Assembly (NCBI GenBank): GCA_005800465.1
Contig: SYFI01000003.1
Span: forward strand, 1 to 39,259
Origin: Actinomycetota bacterium
GTDB lineage: Bacteria; Actinomycetota; Thermoleophilia; Miltoncostaeales; Miltoncostaeaceae
Length of the DNA stretch: 39,259 nt
Direction: 5' to 3'
The notes under the pieces were generated by a model. The model had not been told where the DNA came from. It did not search any database and saw nothing but the letters and a program-made list of their open reading frames with translations. Shown here piece after piece: positions 23,426 to 30,664 of this stretch. How positions within the stretch are numbered: position 1 is the stretch's first letter; every line of letters begins with the position of its first letter. Made by a program: the position numbers and the translations under genes.

Positions 23426-24174
23426 TGTCTGATCGAGCGGCGGGTGGGTCCGCAGCCGCCCCCGGGCGGCGCGGCTGGATTGCCGGGGGCATCATCGCGC
23501 TGGTGCTGGTGGCGTTCGGGGTGTTCGTGCTGCCGTTCGCGTTCACCACGCCGCCGCCCATCATCACGCGCTTCACCTCCACCCTTCTGTTCAGCCCCGG
23601 AGCGCCGGGGGCACGTGATGTGGCCCGGGTGTCCATCCGGCTCAGCGAACCGAGCTCGGTGTCCATCGTGGTAAAGAACTCGTCGGGTGCTGTGGTGCGC
23701 ACGCTCGCCGACGGTGCCGTGGTGCGCACCAAGACGCTCAGCGTGCCATGGACCGGCAACGGCGACGGTGGCACCGCGGTGGTACCCGATGGCACCTACA
23801 CAATTGACCTCGAGGCCCATGCCGGGCAAAAGAAATTCTCCAAGAGCCGCCGCATCGTGGTGGACACCACCGCGCCCGGAGCGCCGGGTCTGACTGTTCG
23901 CATCGTCGGCTTCTCATGCGTGGCAGTGGTCACCGGACCGGACGAGCCCACGCGCCTGGTGGTGACCTCCCCGGCCACCGATGCCACTACCGACCCGCAT
24001 ACCCTGCCGGCGCAAGGCACGTTTACATGGACCACCCGCCGGGTGGCATCGGGTGCGCAGGCCATCATAGCCACGGTGAGTGACCCAGCGGGCAACACGG
24101 CGCGCACCACCCGCCCCTGCGCACCCGTGAAGCGGCCCGCGAAGGCCACTGCGTCTCCGGGAGCGCGCCCGTGA
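23425..24174 (+). CDS. N-terminally anchored extracytoplasmic protein with FlgD-Ig-like domain
   Basis: TM segment IAGGIIALVLVAFGVFVLPFAF, then VSIVVKNSSGAVVRTL...VPWTGNGDGGTAVVPDGTYTIDLEA (FlgD_ig-like pattern W.G....G..V.DG.Y), then VVDTTAPGAP (Ig-like linker motif). Confidence 0.65.
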   Translation: MSDRAAGGSAAAPGRRGWIAGGIIALVLVAFGVFVLPFAFTTPPPIITRFTSTLLFSPGAPGARDVARVSIRLSEPSSVSIVVKNSSGAVVRTLADGAVVRTKTLSVPWTGNGDGGTAVVPDGTYTIDLEAHAGQKKFSKSRRIVVDTTAPGAPGLTVRIVGFSCVAVVTGPDEPTRLVVTSPATDATTDPHTLPAQGTFTWTTRRVASGAQAIIATVSDPAGNTARTTRPCAPVKRPAKATASPGARP

Positions 24175-25715
24175 GCGCGGTAATGGTGCGCGAGGTCGCG
24201 GCCATCGCCGGTGCCGCTGGCATGGCCGTGATGCTTCTGCCGCGGGTCATCGGAGGTCCACTCCGCATTCCCGATGGTGCGCGCCGTGTCACCGGCCTGA
24301 TCATTCTCCTCGCTGCGTGGATCGCCATGGCGGCCACTCTGGTGCCGTCCGGAATCCAGGACCGCCTCGCGCGGCCCACGGACGCCGTCGCATCCGCAGT
24401 GGCCATCGTCATTGGTCTCGTGGTTGTCGCCTTCATTGGCAGGCATCTGGCCACCCATACCTGGGCGTGGTTCCTGCTGCTGGGCCTCGCACTGCCTATT
24501 CGCGTGCCCATCTCCGTTGGGGGCACCGATGCCAACCTGCTCATCCCGCTCTACGGGGTGATCGTGCTGGGCCTCATCACCTGGGCGTGGCAGGCGCGCG
24601 TCGACTCCGGGTCGCGCCGCTGGACCAGCACGGTGCTTGATCTCCCGCTGCTCTTGTTCGCCGGCTTCACACTGGTGTCGCTGTGCTGGTCGTCAGACAT
24701 CCCCCAGGCCGCCACCAAGATCACGTTCTTCTGGATCCCGTTCCTGCTCCTGTATGTGGTGGCCGTGCAGTTGTGGCGGCGGGGCCGCGCGCTCCCGGTG
24801 CTTGCCATCACCACCATGGCCATGGCAATCCCGGTGTCGCTCTTGGCCGTGGGCGAGTACATCGGCCGTGGCGTGCTGTGGAACCACCGCCTCGAGCAGG
24901 CCAACGTGTACAGCCGCTTCTTCCGGGTCAACTCGATCTTCTACGACCCCAACATCCTGGGGCGCTATCTGGTGCTGGCCATGCTCATCGGCGTGGCCGT
25001 GGCCTACCTGAAACGGGCGGATGGACGGGTGCTCATCGCCTGTGCCGTGGCCGAGATCATCTACGCCGCCGGTCTCACCGTGACGTTTTCGCGCTCGAGT
25101 GCGCTCATGCTGATGGTCGGACTGTTCATCATGTCGCTGCGCATGTTCGGGAGAAAGCGCGTGGTCATCGTCGCCGTCATCTTCAGCGTGCTCGGGTTCG
25201 GCGTGGCCGTGGCCGGATCGCATCAGGTGCGCGATGCCCTCACGTCCACATCGCGCCTGTCCAAGGTGAGCGAAGGGCGCTTTGACCTGATGGGTGGTGG
25301 GGTGGATTTGTGGAAGGCACACCCAGTGGTGGGTGGAGGCCTCGGTTCGTTCGCCACCGACTACTCGGCGCAGCTCTCGGGCGGCGAACTGCGCAAGACC
25401 CGCGTGGTCATCTCGCACAATGCGCCGGTCACCATCCTCAGCGAAGAGGGCGTCGTCGGATTCGCCCTGTTTACGTGGCTCTCGGTGCTGGCGCTGCTGG
25501 TGGGCATCCGTGCCGGCCGCGAGCGCGACGACCACGTGGGCGTGCCGGGCGCCATGATGCTTGCCGGGCTCGTGGGCATCTTCGTGCACGCGCTCTTGTA
25601 CTCGGCGCTCATTGAGGACCCGTATACGTGGCTGCTCGCCGCCGGGATCACGGTGGTCGTGGCCACGGCGCGAAGCAACGTTCTGCCCGAGCCCGGCACC
25701 GCAGAGGCGCCATGA
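24171..25715 (+). CDS. O-antigen ligase/polymerase family (Wzy_C) polytopic membrane protein, copy 1
   Basis: 514 aa, more than 10 TM. Wzy_C-like core TVTFSRSSALMLMVGLFIM, GGGLGSFATDY, ISHNAPVTILSEEGVVGFALF. GTGA overlap with the upstream gene. Confidence 0.8.
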   Translation: MSAVMVREVAAIAGAAGMAVMLLPRVIGGPLRIPDGARRVTGLIILLAAWIAMAATLVPSGIQDRLARPTDAVASAVAIVIGLVVVAFIGRHLATHTWAWFLLLGLALPIRVPISVGGTDANLLIPLYGVIVLGLITWAWQARVDSGSRRWTSTVLDLPLLLFAGFTLVSLCWSSDIPQAATKITFFWIPFLLLYVVAVQLWRRGRALPVLAITTMAMAIPVSLLAVGEYIGRGVLWNHRLEQANVYSRFFRVNSIFYDPNILGRYLVLAMLIGVAVAYLKRADGRVLIACAVAEIIYAAGLTVTFSRSSALMLMVGLFIMSLRMFGRKRVVIVAVIFSVLGFGVAVAGSHQVRDALTSTSRLSKVSEGRFDLMGGGVDLWKAHPVVGGGLGSFATDYSAQLSGGELRKTRVVISHNAPVTILSEEGVVGFALFTWLSVLALLVGIRAGRERDDHVGVPGAMMLAGLVGIFVHALLYSALIEDPYTWLLAAGITVVVATARSNVLPEPGTAEAP

Positions 25716-26791
25716 CCCTCCCGCCCCTACGCGTGATGTGTCTGTCAAACATGTATCCCGGGCCGGGTGCACCCGACTACGGCGCGTTTATCGAGCGCAT
25801 GTGCGACTGCATGGAGACCCGCGGTGCCCATGTGGAGCGCGTGGTCATCAACAGCCGCGCCTCAGGGGCGCTTCGCACGCCCGCGAAGTACGCGCGGCTG
25901 GCCACGCAGGCCATGAGTGGTGCCGGTGACGTCGATGTGATTTGGGCGCACTACCTCTTTCCCACCGGCCTCATCGCGTCGCTTGCGGGACGCATGCGAC
26001 GCACCCCCTGGGTGATCACCGCGCATGGCGGGGACGTGGCCAATCTTTCGCGGGGAACCATCCGCCAGTTGAGCAGCGGCGCCGTCTCGGGCGCCGCGAT
26101 GGTCATCGCCGTAAGCGAGTGGCTCGCCGGACGCATGTACGAGGAGGGCCTGCGACCCGAGCGGGTTGAGGTGGCCAGCATGGGCGTGGATACCGACCGC
26201 TTCCAGATCGGCGACCGGTTGGCTGCGCGTGTGCGGCTGTCGATCCCGGCCGACGTGCCCGTCGTCCTTGCGGTCGGTGGTCTCAGCGAGCGCAAGAATC
26301 CCATGGGTCTTCTGCAGGCATTCGCGCGCCTTCATGCCGATCGTCCCGATGCCCGTCTGGTGTTTGTGGGGGACGGCCCCCAGGCCGCGGTGATCGATGC
26401 CGGTTCACGGCGTCTCGGTATCCCAGGTGCCGTGCACCGGACGGGTGTGGTCCCCAACCGCAGCGTGACCGACTGGATGACCGCGGCCGACGTGGTGGCA
26501 CAGGTGAGCCTGGTGGAACCGCTGGGTGTGGCCGCGCTGGAAGCCATGGCCAGTGGGCGCCCGGTGGTGGGAACGTCGGTGGGGGGCCTCAAAGAGGTGG
26601 TGCCCGACGGCGTGGCGGGCGTGATTGTGGATCCGCGCGATCCGGTGTCCATCGCGGAGGGGCTCGTGCGGATGCTCGATGCCGGACCCGACCCGGAGAC
26701 CTGCCGGGCCGCGGCCATGGAGCACTCCCTTCTGCACGAAACCGACCGCGTGCTGGGGATTCTGGCAGCGGCCGCAGGGCGCCCGGCGTAA
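25712..26791 (+). CDS. Glycosyltransferase family 4 (TuaC-like N-terminus)
   Basis: MTLPPLRVMCLSNMYPGPGAPDYGAFIE.., VFVGDGPQ, VSLVEPLGVAALEAMASGRPVVGTSVGGLKEVV (GT4 E-x7-E). ATG 25712 overlaps the upstream TGA. Confidence 0.9.
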   Translation: MTLPPLRVMCLSNMYPGPGAPDYGAFIERMCDCMETRGAHVERVVINSRASGALRTPAKYARLATQAMSGAGDVDVIWAHYLFPTGLIASLAGRMRRTPWVITAHGGDVANLSRGTIRQLSSGAVSGAAMVIAVSEWLAGRMYEEGLRPERVEVASMGVDTDRFQIGDRLAARVRLSIPADVPVVLAVGGLSERKNPMGLLQAFARLHADRPDARLVFVGDGPQAAVIDAGSRRLGIPGAVHRTGVVPNRSVTDWMTAADVVAQVSLVEPLGVAALEAMASGRPVVGTSVGGLKEVVPDGVAGVIVDPRDPVSIAEGLVRMLDAGPDPETCRAAAMEHSLLHETDRVLGILAAAAGRPA

Positions 26792-26829
26792 CGGACGGCG
26801 GCGGCGCTCCTGCTAGCGTCACCTCTCAG

Positions 26830-28287
26830 ATGTCGGTACGCGTACCCACCGGGCCGACCGGCGCCCTCGGGGGTGTCGGCATCCGCGCCGCGGTCCTCGT
26901 TCTCGTCGCCGCGGTTGCCGCAGGCGCCCTCGCCGCGTACGCGCCGGTCCCGGGCGTGCTGCTGGCCGTCGCGCTTGTGGGGGTCATGCTGGTCCGGGGC
27001 CGCACCCTGCCCGAACTTGGCCGGGCCGCGGTGCTGGTGGCCCTCGTCACGGCGATCATCGGCCCCAACCTCGGGGTTCCGGGCCGCGCCGAGGTGTTCG
27101 CCTTCAGGTTCGTGGCCGTACTCATCATTCTGGGCATCGCCACCTGGCTGCTGATGGGCCGGGGGCTCCCGGTGCCCAATGGCCTTGGCATGCCCATGGC
27201 GCTGGTCGCAGGCTGGGTGGGCTGGGCGCTGGTGTCAATCAGCTGGGCAGGGTCCACCACCGACGCCATCCGCTGGACGACCTTTCTCATCATCAGCAGC
27301 GGAGTGATGCTGGCCATTCCGATCACGGCATCGTCACGCAGGTATCTGTCGTGGGTGCTGGGTGCGCTGGGGGCGGCATTCGTATTGTCAATTCTTGGTG
27401 CGCTGGCCGAGGTGTTCGCTGGCGTGCGCTTCCCCGCCTCGGCGCTCACGCCGCGCGAGGGCGCATTCGCCGCCACGTCGTTCTTCGGCAACCAGAACAA
27501 CTTCGCCACGTATCTGTCGCTCACCCTGCCCTACCTGGTGCTGTTGCCGGTGGTGGCACGCGACGCCCGAGTGAGGATCCTCGGGGCGGCGGGCGCGATC
27601 GTGGCGATCGTCTTCATCCTTTTCAGCGGCTCGAAGGCCAACCTCGGGGCGGTGGGAATCATCCTCGTCGGCATGCTCGTGGTGCTCGCCACCGACCGCT
27701 CCATGCGCCGCGCCTTTGTGGCGAGCGTGGTCGTGGTGGGGGCGGCACTGGCCCTCATCATCCCTTCGCTCTTCGGGGCCGGCATCGTGCCCATCCCCCA
27801 GCAGGCGGTGGCAAAGCTGAGCTTCAGCACCCTGCAGGCCCAGGTGAGTTCGGGCCAGGGCTCGGGTGCGGTGCGCAGCACACTGCTCACCAAGGGCATC
27901 GACATCGCGGCGAGCACCGGTGGAGTGGGCGTGGGCGCCGGCAATGCCGAGAACACCGTGCGATCTGAGAATGGCTACGAAGGCGTTGCCAACCTGCACA
28001 ACTGGACCCTCGAAGTGCTCGTGGACACCGGCGTTGTGGGTCTGGTCCTCTACGCCACGCTCTACATATTTATGCTCGTGGGCTGCTTCCGTGCCGCCCG
28101 CGGCAGCGGTGACCCGCTCATGCGGTACATGGGACTTGCCGGGCTTCTTGCCCTGCTGGGGTTCATCACCGGCAGTCTCGCGTGTTCCACGGTCATCGCC
28201 TTCGCGCCCATGTGGATCACCTTCGGTCTATGCCTCGCCACCATCGTGCTCGCCCGACGAGCCGGCCCCGACGGGAGAATCCCCTGA
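26830..28287 (+). CDS. O-antigen ligase/polymerase family (Wzy_C) polytopic membrane protein, copy 2
   Basis: 485 aa, more than 10 TM. ILFSGSKANLGAVGIILVG, VGVGAGNAENT, NLHNWTLEVLVDTGVVGLVLYATLY (the H-N-x-x-L-E pattern of the Wzy_C family). Confidence 0.8.
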   Translation: MSVRVPTGPTGALGGVGIRAAVLVLVAAVAAGALAAYAPVPGVLLAVALVGVMLVRGRTLPELGRAAVLVALVTAIIGPNLGVPGRAEVFAFRFVAVLIILGIATWLLMGRGLPVPNGLGMPMALVAGWVGWALVSISWAGSTTDAIRWTTFLIISSGVMLAIPITASSRRYLSWVLGALGAAFVLSILGALAEVFAGVRFPASALTPREGAFAATSFFGNQNNFATYLSLTLPYLVLLPVVARDARVRILGAAGAIVAIVFILFSGSKANLGAVGIILVGMLVVLATDRSMRRAFVASVVVVGAALALIIPSLFGAGIVPIPQQAVAKLSFSTLQAQVSSGQGSGAVRSTLLTKGIDIAASTGGVGVGAGNAENTVRSENGYEGVANLHNWTLEVLVDTGVVGLVLYATLYIFMLVGCFRAARGSGDPLMRYMGLAGLLALLGFITGSLACSTVIAFAPMWITFGLCLATIVLARRAGPDGRIP

Positions 28288-28313
28288 GCGATTCCGGCGC
28301 CCTGCGCATTCTC

Positions 28314-29498
28314 ATGCTCAGCCACATGTATCCGAGCCCGGTCAATCCGACCGGCGGAATCTTCGTGCACGAACAGGTGAAGGCCCTCTGCGACCGCGGC
28401 CACGATGTGCGCGTGGTGTCTCCCAAAGGTTGGGTGCCACCGGGTCTCAGCCGATGGGCGTCGTACCGCGACGTGAAGCCGCGGGCGGAGATTGACGACG
28501 TGCAGGTGTACTACCCGCGCAAGCTCACGCTTCCCGGCGCGCGTCTGGGCCACCGCAACGCCGACGCCTTCCTGTTGGGCGTGCGGAGAACCGTGCAGGG
28601 TATCCACCGTGAGTGGCCAATCGACGTGATCCACGCGCACATGGTTGTGCCCGATGGCTGGGCGGCCGCTCGTGTGGGGCACGGGCTCGGCGTGCCCGCC
28701 GTGGGCACCGCCCATCGCGCCGACGTGCTCGACATCCCCGCCATGGGTGCGGCACCGCGTATGCGGGTGGCCGAGGCCATCGAGAATCTTGACGCCGTGG
28801 TGACGGTGAGCCACGCCATCGGCCAGGCCGCAGACGCCATCGCCCGACCCCGCCGGGCAATCACGGTGGTGCCCAATGGCGCCGACGCCACAGTGTTCAT
28901 GCCCCGCGACGCACGCGTGGCCCGCGAACGCCTGGGGCTTGATCCAGATGCGCCCACCATCTCGTACGTGGGCAAGTTGGTGCCGCGCAAGGGCGTTGAC
29001 GACCTCATCGAGGCCATGGGAATCCTCGCCCGCCGCCCCGAGGGCGCACCGGCTCTGGTGATGGCCGGGATCGGCGAGATGCGCGGGCCGGCGGAGGCCC
29101 GGGCACGCGAGTTGGGCATTGCCGATCGCATTACGTGGCTTGGCAAGGTGCCGCACGATGACGTGGGGTGGGTCATGTCAGCGGGCGACATATTTGTGCT
29201 GCCGAGCCTCTCGGAGGGCCTTCCCACCGTGGTGTGCGAGGCCATGGCGTGCGGGCTGCCGGTTGTGGCCACCGCGGTGGACGGCACGCCCGAGATCGTG
29301 GACGACCCGGCCACCGGCCTGCTGGTGCAGCCGAAGGACCCGGTGGGGCTGGCGGCAGCGCTCGCCCGGGTGATGGGTGACGCCGCGCTGCGTGCTGCCA
29401 TGGGTGCCGAAGCCCTTCGGCGCAGCGAGGCCGACTACACGTGGGCGGCCAACGCCCTGCGCATGGAGGACGTGTACCGGCGGGTGATCGCCACTTGA
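28314..29498 (+). CDS. Glycosyltransferase family 4 (TuaC-like N-terminus)
   Basis: (LRIL)MLSHMYPSPVNPTGGIFVHEQVKAL, YVGKLVPRKG, VLPSLSEGLPTVVCEAMACGLPVVATAVDGTPEIV. The first canonical start is ATG 28314. Homology seems to extend upstream (ALRIL), so an in-frame CTG at 28284 overlapping the upstream TGA may be used. Confidence 0.85.
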   Translation: MLSHMYPSPVNPTGGIFVHEQVKALCDRGHDVRVVSPKGWVPPGLSRWASYRDVKPRAEIDDVQVYYPRKLTLPGARLGHRNADAFLLGVRRTVQGIHREWPIDVIHAHMVVPDGWAAARVGHGLGVPAVGTAHRADVLDIPAMGAAPRMRVAEAIENLDAVVTVSHAIGQAADAIARPRRAITVVPNGADATVFMPRDARVARERLGLDPDAPTISYVGKLVPRKGVDDLIEAMGILARRPEGAPALVMAGIGEMRGPAEARARELGIADRITWLGKVPHDDVGWVMSAGDIFVLPSLSEGLPTVVCEAMACGLPVVATAVDGTPEIVDDPATGLLVQPKDPVGLAAALARVMGDAALRAAMGAEALRRSEADYTWAANALRMEDVYRRVIAT

Positions 29499-30664
29499 CT
29501 GTGGCCACCGACGGCGTGGCCGTGGTGCTTCAGGCATCAGGCCCCAATGCGCTGGGTATCATCCGATCGCTGGCAGCCCGGGGCATTCCGGTTCTCGCCA
29601 CCGACTGCGACCCCAAGGCGCTCGGCATGCTGTCGCGGCATGCAAGGGCCGAGGTCGTGCGCGACCCGGTGGGCGACCCCGCAGGATTCCTCGACGATCT
29701 CGCGGCGCTGGGACGATCGCTCGACGTACCGGGTGTGCTCTTTCCCACGCACGACGAGGCCATTGAGGTCGTCGGCCCGGCAGAGGCCCACATCGGCCAG
29801 TGGTTCCGCATGCCGTGGAGCCCGTGGGCCGACCTCTCGCCCTACATCGACAAGTCCGGTCAGCACGCCGCGGCACGGCGCATTGGGTTCCCTGTGCCCG
29901 CCACTCTCGAGCCCACAGATGAGAACGACGTGCGTGCTGCCATCGGCGAAATGCGGTTCCCCGTCATCCTCAAGCCGCGTGTGGACCCCGCCGGCTTCAA
30001 ACGCACATTTGGGCGCCAGGTGCTGCAGGCCGAGGACGCCGACGCACTGCTTCGGCAATGGGACCGCGCCGAAGCCCACCTGCCACAGATCTCCGAGGTG
30101 ATCCCCGGGGGCGATGAGTGCTTGTGGACCCTCGGCAGCTACCGCGATGCCAGCGGCACACCATTGGCGTCATTCACGGGACACAAGCTTCTTCAGTGGC
30201 CCGTCGGGTTCGGCACCGCCCGGGCCGCCGAGGCGTGGTGGGACCCGAGCCTGGCCTGGCGATGCCATGCGCTGCTCGATGAGATCGGCTTCCATGGCAT
30301 CTCGCAGGTGGAGGTCAAACGCGATACCCGCGACGGCCGTGACTACCTGATTGAGGTCAACCCGCGATCGTGGCTGTGGATTTCCCTCGCCACCGAGGTG
30401 GGGGTCAACATTCCCGAGGCGGCCTTCCTCGATGCCGTCGGGCGCCCACACACGTGGCCCGAGGGGCACCGCAGCGACGTCCGGTGGGTGCTGGGTGCCA
30501 AGCATCTTGGTGCGAGTGCCGACAAGCTGCGCAGGGGTCGCCTGGGTCGCCGCGAACTCACCCGCACGCTCAAGCCACCGATCATCGATGGCGTGTGGTC
30601 GGTATCCGACCCGCGTCCGGGCATCGACCAGATGCGTCGGCTTCTCACTCGGAGGATCGGATGA
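29495..30664 (+). CDS. ATP-grasp carboxylate-amine ligase (COG3919-like, the group containing D-aspartate ligase)
   Basis: PNALGIIRSLAARGIPV, FPVILKPR, SEVIPGGDECLWTLGSY, GISQVEVKRD..DGRDYLIEVNPRSWLW are motifs I associate with the predicted ATP-grasp enzyme family. TTG 29495 overlaps the upstream TGA (TTGA); GTG 29501 is an alternative. Confidence 0.8.
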   Translation: MTVATDGVAVVLQASGPNALGIIRSLAARGIPVLATDCDPKALGMLSRHARAEVVRDPVGDPAGFLDDLAALGRSLDVPGVLFPTHDEAIEVVGPAEAHIGQWFRMPWSPWADLSPYIDKSGQHAAARRIGFPVPATLEPTDENDVRAAIGEMRFPVILKPRVDPAGFKRTFGRQVLQAEDADALLRQWDRAEAHLPQISEVIPGGDECLWTLGSYRDASGTPLASFTGHKLLQWPVGFGTARAAEAWWDPSLAWRCHALLDEIGFHGISQVEVKRDTRDGRDYLIEVNPRSWLWISLATEVGVNIPEAAFLDAVGRPHTWPEGHRSDVRWVLGAKHLGASADKLRRGRLGRRELTRTLKPPIIDGVWSVSDPRPGIDQMRRLLTRRIG

